Shown here one piece after another: positions 1-9,468 of a stretch of 32,000 nt of DNA (the stretch's first letter is position 1; each line of letters opens with the position of its first letter). The stretch spans positions 2,880,001 to 2,912,000 of the forward strand of contig OW818675.1 in NCBI GenBank assembly GCA_942493095.1. The letters are read 5' to 3'. This DNA is from Candidatus Electronema halotolerans. GTDB taxonomy: Bacteria; Desulfobacterota; Desulfobulbia; Desulfobulbales; Desulfobulbaceae. The position numbers were made by a program, and so were the translations under genes. The notes under the pieces were generated by a model that was not told where the DNA came from, did not search any database, and saw only the letters and a list, made by a program, of their open reading frames with translations.

Positions 1-2
1 CC

Positions 3-86
3 AAGGCCTTGGATGCTTTCGGCATTCCCAAGGACGGGGTGAACGACAAACGCTATTCTGTGGCTAAGAAGTCGGTCCAGCTATAA
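3..86 (+). CDS. C-terminal fragment of an unidentified protein, truncated by window start (…KALDAFGIPKDGVNDKRYSVAKKSVQL*)
   Basis: Open frame from position 3 to TAA at 84-86; no full-length protein visible. Confidence 0.35.
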   Translation, partial: KALDAFGIPKDGVNDKRYSVAKKSVQL

Positions 87-136
87 GGAGGAAACCGGCT
101 TGCTGCTGAACAATGCGGCCAGCCGGTCAGCCTGGT

Positions 137-958
137 TCAAAAGACACTGCGCTTGCGGCGGTGATTGCGGGAATAGGCCACCCAATAGACAGCCCCGACC
201 TGCACTGCGCCGCCGACAATGTTGCCTGCGGTGGCCATGATGATGTTGGTGATCGAGCCAAACAGGGAAACCACGCCGCTGTCATCCAAAATCAGGCCAA
301 AGGGCAGGAAGAACCAGTTGGCAATGGAATGCTCAAAGCCGATGGCGACAAAGGCGGCCACAGGCAGAAGGATGGCCATGATCTTGTCCACCACGCTGCG
401 GCCTCCCATTGCCAGCCAGATGGCTAAACAGACCAGCGCGTTGCAGAGCATGCCCCGGAGAAAGGCTTCGCAGAGGGTCAGGTCAGCCTTGCCTGCGGCG
501 ATGTTCACGGCAGTCTTGGCCACTTCGCCGTTGCCCAGCTCGGCGACTCCGGCCAGCACCACAAGCTGCACCGTGATCAGCGCGCCGATCACATTGCCGA
601 TATAGGAATACAGCCAGTTGCGCAGCAGGCTGACAGCACTGATCTGGCCGCTGGCCCAAGCCATAGTCAGCAGGTTGTTGCCGGTGAACAGCTCGGCCCC
701 GCCGACCACCACCAGAATCAGGCCCATGCTGAAGCTCAGGCCGCCGAGCAGGCGGGTCACGCCAAAGCCGAGTTGGGAGCCGGTCATCACCACGGTGCAG
801 AAGAGCGCGCCAAGGGCGATGAAGGCCCCGGCCAGCATGGCTAAAACCAGCAGGGAGAGGGTGTCAACATGCGCCTTCCTGACTCCCATGCTCTCAACCT
901 TGCGGGCAATGTCATCTGGGGAATAGGCATCGCTGAGGCCTTCGTGCGCGGTTTCCAT
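137..958 (-). CDS. Formate/nitrite transporter family protein (FocA/NirC-like)
   Basis: 273 aa multi-TM protein with FNT-type segments (GGAELFTGNN, RNWLYSYIGNVIGA, GFEHSIANWFFLP); SD-like aggaggagg upstream on the minus strand. Confidence 0.9.
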   Translation of the reverse strand: METAHEGLSDAYSPDDIARKVESMGVRKAHVDTLSLLVLAMLAGAFIALGALFCTVVMTGSQLGFGVTRLLGGLSFSMGLILVVVGGAELFTGNNLLTMAWASGQISAVSLLRNWLYSYIGNVIGALITVQLVVLAGVAELGNGEVAKTAVNIAAGKADLTLCEAFLRGMLCNALVCLAIWLAMGGRSVVDKIMAILLPVAAFVAIGFEHSIANWFFLPFGLILDDSGVVSLFGSITNIIMATAGNIVGGAVQVGAVYWVAYSRNHRRKRSVF

Positions 959-1198
959 GAAACATCCTCCTCCTTGTTTGAGTCATCTTCAGCCGCCGGA
1001 CAGCGGCCCCTTGTCTTCACTCAAAATGATGCCGCATTTCATTTTTAATGATACTGCAACGGCCTGAAAAGGGAAAGCGCCCGCCCAAATAAAAAAATTG
1101 ACACCATCAGGCGGTGCTGCTCGGTTGAGAAAACCGGAAGCTGCTTCTCAACCCGGCGGCATCAGACAGGAATCCCTGCAACAACACGAGGAGCGCGC

Positions 1199-1996
1199 AT
1201 GAACGAGAAAGAATTGTTTGACGTGGTGGAGACGGAACAGGTTCCCGGAGCAAAGTTCGAGGTTGTCCAGTACAAAAGTCTGAAAGGCTCAGACAATCTT
1301 TATGTGGCGGAAAAGATGTTCCTTGCCAGGCAGGCGGATATTCACCTCAAGATGATCCGGGTCACGCTGGAGCGGAGTGAAGTCCTGATCGAGCCGGGCG
1401 CGCTCTATTTCATGAAAGGCGACCTGCACTTGGAATCAAATATGCAGCAGGGATTGAGCACGGGCCTGATGCGCAAATTCACCTCTGGCGAAACCCTGTT
1501 TCAGTCCCGCATCCGGGGAACCGGCGAGGTCTATTTGGAACCGAGCTTTGGCCATTACTCGCTCTTTAATATTGAGGAAGACGCGCTGATTGTTGACAAG
1601 GGCGCGTTTTACTGCGCTTCCGGCGGGCTGGAAGTCAGCGCCAAGATGCAAAGCAATATTTCCAGTGCCTTGTTTGGCGGGGAAGGGCTTTTTCAAACCC
1701 AGATCAAAGGCAGCGGCGTGGTGGTGCTGGTCTCACCCGTGCCGACAGATGAGCTGCTCATCTATCAGCTCGCGCCAAAAGAAAAACTTTCGGTTGATGG
1801 CAGCTTTACCTTTGCCAGAACCGCCAGCGTTGCCTTTCATGCAGAAAAATCAGGCAAAAGCCTGCTTCAGTCCGTCACCAGCGGCGAAGGACTGCTGCAA
1901 ACCTTCACCGGGCCGGGCGTGGTCTGGATCGCCCCGACCGAAGAAGTGTATAAACGTCTGGGCGCGTTCAGCTATACGATGCAGGCAGGCAGATGA
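1199..1996 (+). CDS. TIGR00266/AIM24 family protein
   Basis: Glycine-rich beta-repeat protein (FEVVQYKSLKGSDNLYVAEKMFLARQ…TSGEGLLQTFTGPGVVWIAP); followed by VWA genes as in Ter-type neighbourhoods; aggagcgcgc upstream. Confidence 0.75.
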   Translation: MNEKELFDVVETEQVPGAKFEVVQYKSLKGSDNLYVAEKMFLARQADIHLKMIRVTLERSEVLIEPGALYFMKGDLHLESNMQQGLSTGLMRKFTSGETLFQSRIRGTGEVYLEPSFGHYSLFNIEEDALIVDKGAFYCASGGLEVSAKMQSNISSALFGGEGLFQTQIKGSGVVVLVSPVPTDELLIYQLAPKEKLSVDGSFTFARTASVAFHAEKSGKSLLQSVTSGEGLLQTFTGPGVVWIAPTEEVYKRLGAFSYTMQAGR

Positions 1997-2043
1997 GCAG
2001 ACCTTGAGCTGATTTTTTCACCAACCCATCCGCAGGAGGAAAC

Positions 2044-2682
2044 ATGTCCCGCAGGTTGCCGATTTATATTGCCATTGACACTTCAGGCTCCATGAACGGC
2101 GAGGCGATTCAGTCTGTCAACGTTGGTCTCCAAGCAATGCTCACCGCCTTGCGCCAAGACCCGCACGCCCTTGACTCTGTTCATCTCTCTGTCATCACGT
2201 TTGATATTCAGGCCAAGGAACTCTTTCCCCTGACCCCGCTGTCGCAGGTGCAGATTGGCGAAATAACCTGTCCCAAATCCGGGCCGACCTCCACAGGCGC
2301 AGCCTTGGCCCTGATTGTTGACCGGGTCAAACGGGACATCGTTCACAGCACCAACGAACGCAAGGGCGACTGGCGGCCCATGCTCTTTCTGATGACCGAC
2401 GGCAGCCCTTCGGATGTGGCCCGTTACAACGAAATCCTGCCTAAGGTGAAAAACTGTCAGTTCGGCAGGATCATTGCCTGCGCTGCCGGGCCAAAAGCCA
2501 AGCTCGACCAGCTCAAGCGGCTGACTGACACTGTGGTCAGTCTTGACACCACAGACAGTGCCGCCTTTGCCAGCTTCTTCAAATGGGTTTCCGCCAGCGT
2601 GGAGATGCGCAGTGTTGGCACTGGCGGCAGCTCCTCGGACGTGCTGCCTCCTCCTCCGGCGGAAATCCAAATTGTCCTTTGA
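2044..2682 (+). CDS. VWA domain protein, TerY-like
   Basis: MIDAS motif DTSGSMNGEAI, LMTDGSPSD; SD cgcaggagg just upstream; C-terminal PPPPAEIQIV tail. Confidence 0.85.
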   Translation: MSRRLPIYIAIDTSGSMNGEAIQSVNVGLQAMLTALRQDPHALDSVHLSVITFDIQAKELFPLTPLSQVQIGEITCPKSGPTSTGAALALIVDRVKRDIVHSTNERKGDWRPMLFLMTDGSPSDVARYNEILPKVKNCQFGRIIACAAGPKAKLDQLKRLTDTVVSLDTTDSAAFASFFKWVSASVEMRSVGTGGSSSDVLPPPPAEIQIVL

Positions 2683-2720
2683 TTACAAAATTTTTCCCAG
2701 ACAGCAGCGGTCACATCGTG

Positions 2721-2894
2721 CTATCTGCGATACTCATAACGTTCATTATGGTCGTATCTGTCATCATCATGATGTTCATACCGGTCATGCCGGTCATCGT
2801 GATGATCATCATCCCAGTGCCGAACACAGCCAGTTCCGATCAATGCTGCTGCAAGCACTGCGCTCCAAGTCAAGGCTGTAATAACTTTTTTCAT
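2721..2894 (-). CDS. Small His/Asp-rich probable lipoprotein (57 aa), not in supplied ORF track
   Basis: MKKVITALTWSAVLAAALIGTGCVRHWDDDHHDDRHDRYEHHDDDRYDHNERYEYRR*; signal-peptide/lipobox-like start and strong SD (AGGAGG, 6 nt before ATG). Confidence 0.65.
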   Translation of the reverse strand: MKKVITALTWSAVLAAALIGTGCVRHWDDDHHDDRHDRYEHHDDDRYDHNERYEYRR

Positions 2895-3013
2895 GATGTT
2901 CCTCCTGTTTTAGTTGATGTGCTCATGCAAGAATAAATTCATCTTGCTTTTGTACAGTAACAGAAGCAAGATGAACAAACGATGAACAAGCAAGCTGCTA
3001 AAGGAGGAAGGTC

Positions 3014-4060
3014 ATGCGCCGTCTGCCGGTTTTTCTTGTCCTTGATGTGTCCGATTCCATGCTCGGCGAGCCGCTCCAGCACTTGGAGCAGGGGCTGGAG
3101 CAGCTCATCACCAAGCTGCGCCAGAATCCCCATGCCTTGGAAACGGTGTTTCTTTCAGTCATCGCCTTTGCTGGCAAAGCAAAAACGCTGGTGCCATTGG
3201 TTGATCTGCCGACTTTTTATCCGCCGCGCCTGCCCTTGGGTTCCGGCACCGCCCTTGGCCGCGCCCTGACCTGCCTGATGGAGGAGATGGACCGGCAGGT
3301 CAAGCCGACCACGCCGGAGCGCAAAGGCGATTGGAAGCCGATTGTTTATCTGATGACTGACGGCAAGCCCACGGATTATTGGAGCGATGCGGTCAGAATA
3401 TGGCAGAGCAAATACAGCAAACGTGCCTTTCTTACCGCCATTGGCATGGGCAGCTATGCCGCCACCAATGTTTTATCGCAGTTTGCGGATCATGTCTTGA
3501 CCTACAGCGGCGAAAGCGGGGCTGATTTTTCCTCGTTCATTGAATGGATGAGCATGTCGGTGCAGTCACGCAGCGTCATGGTGCAGCAGCAGGGCGAGGG
3601 AAATCAGCCGATCTCCTTGGCCAAGGCGGAGAAAATCCTCTCCTTTGCTGACAACGCCCCACGTTCTGATGAGGATTTTGCCATCTTTGTCGGTCGCTGC
3701 CAGAAGAAAGGAACCCCGTATCTGCTCAAGTATGAACGGGTTCTTTTTGCCGGTTTGCAGGGGAGCGGAGAAAGCGACCGCTGCTACCGGATGACTGGCT
3801 GCTATCCAATCGACGAAAGCTATTTTGACTGGTCAGCCGCAGTGAATGAACTGGAGGCAAACATTGATCTCAATAATCTGATCGGGCAGGCAAGCTGTCC
3901 CTGCTGCGGCAATCCTTCTGCTTTTGGTCTCTGCGCCTGCGGCCGCATCTTCTGCGTTGACGGAGCGGCAAAGGCCCAGTGTCCTTGGTGCAAGCAGCAT
4001 CTTGAACTGGCTCCGGCAGAAAAAGATCAGCGTTTCGACATTGTCAGGTCGTTGGGATGA
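3014..4060 (+). CDS. VWA domain protein with C-terminal zinc-ribbon (TerY-C-like)
   Basis: MIDAS motif DVSDSM, LMTDGKPTDYW; C-terminal CPCCGNPSAFGLCACGRIFC…CPWCKQ. Confidence 0.85.
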   Translation: MRRLPVFLVLDVSDSMLGEPLQHLEQGLEQLITKLRQNPHALETVFLSVIAFAGKAKTLVPLVDLPTFYPPRLPLGSGTALGRALTCLMEEMDRQVKPTTPERKGDWKPIVYLMTDGKPTDYWSDAVRIWQSKYSKRAFLTAIGMGSYAATNVLSQFADHVLTYSGESGADFSSFIEWMSMSVQSRSVMVQQQGEGNQPISLAKAEKILSFADNAPRSDEDFAIFVGRCQKKGTPYLLKYERVLFAGLQGSGESDRCYRMTGCYPIDESYFDWSAAVNELEANIDLNNLIGQASCPCCGNPSAFGLCACGRIFCVDGAAKAQCPWCKQHLELAPAEKDQRFDIVRSLG

Positions 4061-4132
4061 AAGATGCTTATTCGATTACGCTTTCGGTAAAAACAGCATT
4101 TTTCAAGGAACCCTATATATGAGAGAAACACC

Positions 4133-4351
4133 ATGTGTCTTGCTGTGCCTGCTAAAATTACTGCCTTGCAAGGCAGCCTTGCCACGGTTGAGCTGAACGG
4201 CGTGCGGCAGCAGGCCAATGTTGCCCTGATTGATGCGCCTGCGCTGGGGGATTATGTGCTGATTCATGCCGGCTTTGCCATTCAGAAATGGGCGGCGGAC
4301 GAGGCGGCGGCTTGGTTCAGCATGATGCGGGAAATGAATGGCCATGAATGA
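4133..4351 (+). CDS. hypC: Hydrogenase maturation chaperone HypC/HybG
   Basis: N-terminal MCLAVPAKI signature, 72 aa, overlaps hypD. Confidence 0.93.
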   Translation: MCLAVPAKITALQGSLATVELNGVRQQANVALIDAPALGDYVLIHAGFAIQKWAADEAAAWFSMMREMNGHE

Positions 4352-5426
4352 GCTGCTGCGCCGCGAGCTGGACCGGCTGCGGCACGCGGCAGGGCAGTCA
4401 GACCGCCCGGTGCGGCTGATGGAGGTCTGCGGCTCGCACACGATGGCCGCTTTCCGAACCGGTCTCCGCTCTCTGCTGCCAGACAACGTCAGCCTGCTCT
4501 CCGGGCCAGGCTGCCCAGTCTGCGTCACTCCCAACGCCTACATTGATCATGCAATCGCCTTGGCCCTGCGGCCTGAGACCGTGGTGGCCACCTTTGGCGA
4601 CATGGTCAGGGTGCCGGGCACGGAATCATCGCTGGAATACGCCCGCGCCCAAGGCGGCGCAGTGACCGTGGTCTATTCGCCGCTGGAGGCCCTGCGCATG
4701 GCCCAGCAGCAGCCCTCGAAGCAGATTGTCTTTCTCGGCATCGGCTTTGAGACCACGATTCCAGCGGTTGCTTGGACGTTGCAAGAGGCGCAGCAGCAGG
4801 GCCTGAGCAATTACGCGGTGCTCTGCGGCCATAAGGTCATTCCTCCGGCCATGCTGGCCTTGCTCCAAAGCGAGACCCAGATTGACGGCTTCCTCTGTCC
4901 CGGCCATGTCAGCGTCATCATCGGCGAGCAGCCTTATCAGCCTTTGGCCCGGCAGCATCATGTTCCCTGCGTGATCACCGGTTTTGAAGCGATGGACATG
5001 CTGCAAGGTATGGCCATGCTCTTGGAGCAGCTTGGCCAAGGCCGGGCTGAGGTGGAAAATCAGTATGCCCGCAGCGTCAGGGCCGAGGGCAATGCTGCCG
5101 CCTTGGCGGTAAGCGCGGAAGTCTTTGCTCCCTGTGATGCGGAATGGCGCGGCTTGGGCATGATCCCGGCCAGCGGCTTGCGTATTCGCGCTCCCTATAA
5201 TGATGCGGCAGCCCTGCCCTTGGAGCAGGAACTGCCCGTGCCGCAGGCTGATCCCCGCTGCCGCTGCGGCGAGGTCCTGCGCGGCCTGATCACCCCGCCA
5301 GACTGCCCGCTCTTTGCGGCCCGCTGCACCCCGCTCAGACCGGTCGGGGCCTGCATGGTTTCCGGCGAGGGAGCCTGCGCCGCCTATTACAAATACGCCC
5401 GCCTGGAAGGCAGCAACAAGCCATGA
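4338..5426 (+). CDS. hypD: Hydrogenase maturation protein HypD
   Basis: LMEVCGSHTMA, GPGCPVCVTP, GFETTIPA, CPGHVSVIIG motifs. Confidence 0.95.
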   Translation: MAMNELLRRELDRLRHAAGQSDRPVRLMEVCGSHTMAAFRTGLRSLLPDNVSLLSGPGCPVCVTPNAYIDHAIALALRPETVVATFGDMVRVPGTESSLEYARAQGGAVTVVYSPLEALRMAQQQPSKQIVFLGIGFETTIPAVAWTLQEAQQQGLSNYAVLCGHKVIPPAMLALLQSETQIDGFLCPGHVSVIIGEQPYQPLARQHHVPCVITGFEAMDMLQGMAMLLEQLGQGRAEVENQYARSVRAEGNAAALAVSAEVFAPCDAEWRGLGMIPASGLRIRAPYNDAAALPLEQELPVPQADPRCRCGEVLRGLITPPDCPLFAARCTPLRPVGACMVSGEGACAAYYKYARLEGSNKP

Positions 5427-6433
5427 ACAACGAGATCATCACCCTTGCCCACGGCGGCGGCGGCATCCGCACTCAGCAGCTCTTGGAGGAGCTGATTTTC
5501 CCGCACCTTGACAAGGCGGTGCGCGCCCGTTTGGATGACAGCACCTGCATCAGCATGGCCGCAGGCACCTTGGCCATGAGCACGGATTCCTACGTGGTCT
5601 CGCCGCTCTTTTTTCCCGGCGGTGACATCGGCAGGCTGGCTGCCTGCGGCACCATCAACGACATTGCCATGCAGGGGGCGCAGCCGACTCATATCAGTCT
5701 GGCTTTGATTATCGAGGAAGGAACCACGCTTGCTGATCTGCGCCGGGTGACAGCCTCCTTTTTCGCGGTCTGCAAGGAAACCGGCGTGGTGCTTGCTGCT
5801 GGTGACACCAAAGTAGTGGAACGCGGCAAGGGCAACGGCATTTTCATCAACACCACCGGTCTTGGCCGGGTACTGCCCGGTATTGACACCTACGTTGGCA
5901 ATGCCCGGCCCGGTGATGCGGTGCTGGTCAGCGGCACAATCGGCGACCACGGCATTGCTGTCCTGAGCTGCCGGACTGAGCTGGGCTTTTCAACAACCTT
6001 GGCCAGCGATGTCGCCCCGCTTTGGGACATGGTGCGCCAGCTGCTGACCGAGGTGCCGTCTCTGCGCTGCCTTCGTGATCCAACCAGAGGCGGTCTGGCG
6101 GCGGCCCTCTGCGACATCGCCTCAGCCTCCAAGGCAGGAATCCACCTGACGGAACAGGCCGTGCCGGTGCTGCCCCAAGTCGAGGCCGCCTGTGATCTAC
6201 TGGGCTTGGATGCGCTCAATGTGGCCAATGAAGGCAAGGCCGTTGTTGTCTGCGCCCCTGAAGATGAGCAAAAGGTGCTGGAACTGCTGCGCCGTCATCC
6301 CTTGGGCAAGGATGCTGCTCTGATCGGCAGGGTGACAGCGCAGCATCCCGGCATGGTGGTCTGCGAAACCCGCTTTGGCGGCGAGCGCATTGTTGACCTG
6401 CCCAGCGGCGAAAACTTGCCCAGGATTTGTTAG
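5423..6433 (+). CDS. hypE: Hydrogenase maturation protein HypE
   Basis: AHGGGG start, DSTCISMAAGTLAMSTDSYVVSPLFFPGGDIG, RDPTRGGLA, C-terminal PRIC. Confidence 0.95.
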   Translation: MNNEIITLAHGGGGIRTQQLLEELIFPHLDKAVRARLDDSTCISMAAGTLAMSTDSYVVSPLFFPGGDIGRLAACGTINDIAMQGAQPTHISLALIIEEGTTLADLRRVTASFFAVCKETGVVLAAGDTKVVERGKGNGIFINTTGLGRVLPGIDTYVGNARPGDAVLVSGTIGDHGIAVLSCRTELGFSTTLASDVAPLWDMVRQLLTEVPSLRCLRDPTRGGLAAALCDIASASKAGIHLTEQAVPVLPQVEAACDLLGLDALNVANEGKAVVVCAPEDEQKVLELLRRHPLGKDAALIGRVTAQHPGMVVCETRFGGERIVDLPSGENLPRIC

Positions 6434-6437
6434 GCAG

Positions 6438-6887
6438 TTACTGCCGCGTCACCTTGCAGCCAGCGCCGACTTTGAGGGTGAACTCACAGGGCGCGCCCTT
6501 TTCCGCCCGCCGGTCCAAGCGGGCCGAGCAGCCCGCATCCTCCAGCATGGCCTGCTTGCCGTCCTCTGTGCAGAGCAGGAGCACCGCATACGGATCCTGC
6601 CGCTGCACCCGAATCCGATACGGCTTGAACATGGCAAGCAGCGAGGGGTCGTGGGCCGTGGCCTGGCGGAGAATTTCCTTGTCGCTGCCTGTCGGCACTG
6701 CATCAGGGCCAGAAAAATAAGCGTCAACCGCCGCGCTCAGATTGATCAGGCTGGCAGCCAGCCTGTCCTCATTCTGCTGCTGCGGACGATTGAGCCACCA
6801 AATACCAATGCCCCCTGCAATGAGCAGATCAACCACTGCGACAAGGACAAGGATGCGCACCAGCTTTTTACGGTCAGGATTGGTCAT
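6438..6887 (-). CDS. Hypothetical protein with one N-terminal transmembrane segment
   Basis: Complete ORF directly downstream of the minus-strand PLC-like gene; VRILVLVAVVDLLIAGGIGIWW segment. Confidence 0.6.
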   Translation of the reverse strand: MTNPDRKKLVRILVLVAVVDLLIAGGIGIWWLNRPQQQNEDRLAASLINLSAAVDAYFSGPDAVPTGSDKEILRQATAHDPSLLAMFKPYRIRVQRQDPYAVLLLCTEDGKQAMLEDAGCSARLDRRAEKGAPCEFTLKVGAGCKVTRQ

Positions 6888-6889
6888 GG

Positions 6890-7891
6890 TCAGCTCCAGA
6901 ACACACAGTTGCGGTTTGTTGCATCAAAACCGGTGGACAGATTCCAGCCCGCCATGTCGTCCAAGGGCGAGGGACGGTCTTGCAGGGCCAAGGACATGCT
7001 CTGCCAGAAGGCCACCGTATCTTGCAGTGCCTTGCTGAAGACCGCCTCAAAGTCCATCTGTTTTTTTATAGGTGCTTCCAACCCGTTAACATACTGCGCC
7101 TCCGGTTCCGCCGGATAGGTCAACCCGGCATTGGCGGCGGCATGACGGGCAAAGGGCATGAGCCTGCCGCCGCTTTCCGCCAGCTTCATGTTTCGGATCA
7201 TGGCCCGGTGCCATTTGTCCGGGTCAGGCGCGGGCAGGCTGTCAGACTGGCCACTGAGCTGCTTCAGCTTGGCTGACATCCACGCCCAAGCCGAGAACAG
7301 GGAAAAAGGCTGTTCCTTCTGCCACCGGTCCGCATAAACGGTCTCCAGGGCGGCTGACCAGAGCCGGGCAATGTCCCGGTCCAGCCGGTCGCGTTCCCGT
7401 TCATCCGCTGCAAGCTGCACGTTGAGGGATATCTGCCGGTTCAGCGCAACTTCCCCCAAGCCGAGCTTGGCATGAACCAGCACATCCTGCGACATCTCGC
7501 AGCAGCGGTGCGCCGTCTTGTTCTGCTCATAAGGGCCGACCTTCAAATTGACCACTGGATGGACCACGCCGTCAGCCACGCAGTGCGAGGCAAAGCCGAA
7601 CAGCCAGGCCGTGCATTTCTGGCGGACGTTCTCCTCCTGAATGACCCGAACGCGCCGCACTCCTTCCCGAAGGAATTCCAGCACCCGCTCCTCGTGCATG
7701 GCTGTGGCCCACGCCTCGGATGATTTGTCGGCAAGGTCCAAGTAGGGATAATCCGGCCCCATTGAGCCGACGATGACGAACTTTTTCCATTTCTGCAAGG
7801 CCTGCCGCGCCTCCTCGTGCAGCAGCTCCTGCCGCAGCGTCTCCTCAATTGCCAGCTGAACCAGCGTGACATGGGTGTATCCTCCTGCCAT
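6890..7891 (-). CDS. Zinc-dependent phospholipase C family protein
   Basis: N-terminal MAGGYTHVTLV, GSMGPDYPY, FGFASHCVADGVVHPVVN metal-ligand-like motifs; SD-like ggagga upstream. Confidence 0.7.
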   Translation of the reverse strand: MAGGYTHVTLVQLAIEETLRQELLHEEARQALQKWKKFVIVGSMGPDYPYLDLADKSSEAWATAMHEERVLEFLREGVRRVRVIQEENVRQKCTAWLFGFASHCVADGVVHPVVNLKVGPYEQNKTAHRCCEMSQDVLVHAKLGLGEVALNRQISLNVQLAADERERDRLDRDIARLWSAALETVYADRWQKEQPFSLFSAWAWMSAKLKQLSGQSDSLPAPDPDKWHRAMIRNMKLAESGGRLMPFARHAAANAGLTYPAEPEAQYVNGLEAPIKKQMDFEAVFSKALQDTVAFWQSMSLALQDRPSPLDDMAGWNLSTGFDATNRNCVFWS

Positions 7892-7987
7892 CGTTTCTCC
7901 TCCTGTTCCCGATGGATTAGATTAACCACGAAAAATTTTTCACTCCGGCAGGCGGCTGGCCGCAAGGCTCCCTGCCTGCCAAAACAA

Positions 7988-8102
7988 AGGAGCCTTGCCG
8001 TCTGACGCGAAGGCTCCTTCTCGTATCAGAAGAAGGTTCCTTGTCGTATTGCGAGCAGGCTCCTTCCCGTATGAGAAGAAGGTTCCTTGCTGCTGGCCGA
8101 CA
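7988..8102. repeat. Five degenerate 23-bp tandem units (AGGYTCCTTSYCGTATNNGNAGA-like)
   Basis: Units at 7988-8010, 8011-8033, 8034-8056, 8057-8079, 8080-8102; first unit's GGAGCCTT can pair with AAGGCTCC of the second. Confidence 0.75.
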
Positions 8103-8121
8103 GGGAGACTGGCGGGACAGC

Positions 8122-9435
8122 TCAGTCAGACCGTTCGCCCCAAACCTCTCCCTCCCGCAGCTCCATCAGCCGCACTGGCGCCACGGTTCTGATCAGACTG
8201 GCCGGGCCGCTGCACAGCACTGGCATGTAATTCTCGGAAAAGCCCTTGAGCAGGCCGGTCTTCCTGTCTCTCCGCTCCAGCAGGACGCGCTGCACCGTGC
8301 CAAGCTGTTGCTGCTGAAAGGCAGTCCGCTTCTCCTGATCAAGGACGTGCAGTCTGGCCGCCCGCTCCTCTTTGACCGGGCCGGGCACGTGCTCCGGGAA
8401 GGCCGCCGCCGCTGTGCCGGGCCGGATTGAATACGGGAAAACATGCAGATAGCTGATCGGCAAATCCGTCAGAAGTTGGAGCGTATTGGCTGCCGCCTGT
8501 TCATCTTCACCGGGAAAGCCGGTCAGAATGTCGCAGCCAATGGCCGCATGGGGCGCAGCCGCGTGAATGCGCTCCACGGCCTGCGCAAAGGTTGCGGCGG
8601 TGTAACGGCGCTTCATCTGCGCCAAGATGCCGCTGTCGCCGCTTTGCAGAGGAATGTGGAGATGCGGCATGAAGTTCCGGTGCGCTGTGAGCAGTTCCAG
8701 CAGCCGCGCATTGACTTCGGTCGGCTCAATCGAGCTGAGGCGAAGGCGGAGCTGCGGAAACTCGCGGCAGAGCAGGTCGAGCAGGGAATAAATGTCCTGC
8801 CCTTCCACCAGATCAAGGCCGTACTTGCCCACGTTGATGCCGGTGATGATCAGCTCCAAATAACCTTCCTCAACAAATATCCGAGCCTGCTCCAGCACAG
8901 CGGCCAAGGGCAGGCTGCGGCTGCGGCCTCTGGCATGGGGAACAATACAGTAGGCGCAGAAGTTGTTGCAGCCGTCCTGAATGCGGAGACAGGCGCGGGT
9001 TCTGCCACTGAAACGGCGCACCGGCAGCAGACTGATCTGCCGCGCCGCGCTGATCTCGCCTGCAAGCAGGGCGGGCGGCTCGGCAGCCAGGGCGGTCTCG
9101 ACCAGCAGGTGCTTGCTGTCATTGCCGATAATGAGCACCTGACGGCCCGGCACCAGATCGGGCAGTTCAGCAGCGGCAATCTGGGCGTAGCAGCCGGTCA
9201 GCACGAGCCGCGCTTCCGGGTTGCAGCGGGCCAGCCTGCGGATGAGCTGCCGCGACTGCTGCCCAGCCCGCGCCGTGACCGCGCAGGTGTTGATCACGGC
9301 AATGTCTGCCGGGCCAGCCGCAGAAACTATCTCGCAGCCCTGCTCCTGAAAGCCGGTGGCAAAGGCGGCAGACTCAAACTGGTTGACCTTGCAGCCCAGC
9401 GTGGCCACGGCCACTTTCTGCTGATGTGTTTGCAT
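8122..9435 (-). CDS. mtaB: tRNA threonylcarbamoyladenosine methylthiotransferase MtaB (radical SAM)
   Basis: LGCKVNQFES, radical SAM CxxxCxxC in IQDGCNNFCAYCIVPHARG, C-terminal TRAM-like segment; start chosen at MQTHQQKV. Confidence 0.92.
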   Translation of the reverse strand: MQTHQQKVAVATLGCKVNQFESAAFATGFQEQGCEIVSAAGPADIAVINTCAVTARAGQQSRQLIRRLARCNPEARLVLTGCYAQIAAAELPDLVPGRQVLIIGNDSKHLLVETALAAEPPALLAGEISAARQISLLPVRRFSGRTRACLRIQDGCNNFCAYCIVPHARGRSRSLPLAAVLEQARIFVEEGYLELIITGINVGKYGLDLVEGQDIYSLLDLLCREFPQLRLRLSSIEPTEVNARLLELLTAHRNFMPHLHIPLQSGDSGILAQMKRRYTAATFAQAVERIHAAAPHAAIGCDILTGFPGEDEQAAANTLQLLTDLPISYLHVFPYSIRPGTAAAAFPEHVPGPVKEERAARLHVLDQEKRTAFQQQQLGTVQRVLLERRDRKTGLLKGFSENYMPVLCSGPASLIRTVAPVRLMELREGEVWGERSD

Positions 9436-9468
9436 GGGCAACACCAGGGCAGCCACAGGGGGCCGCCC

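Noticed and set aside
1123-1153. GGTTGAGAA/TTCTCAACC inverted repeat upstream of the AIM24-like gene
   Set aside because: Short 9-bp arms without a T-tract or clear regulatory context; not strong enough to call a feature.
7930-7941. GAAAAATTTTTC 12-mer identical to the core of the 13143-13170 palindrome
   Set aside because: Only a 12-bp AT palindrome without the flanking GTAGGGGC/GCCCCTAC arms; likely chance.
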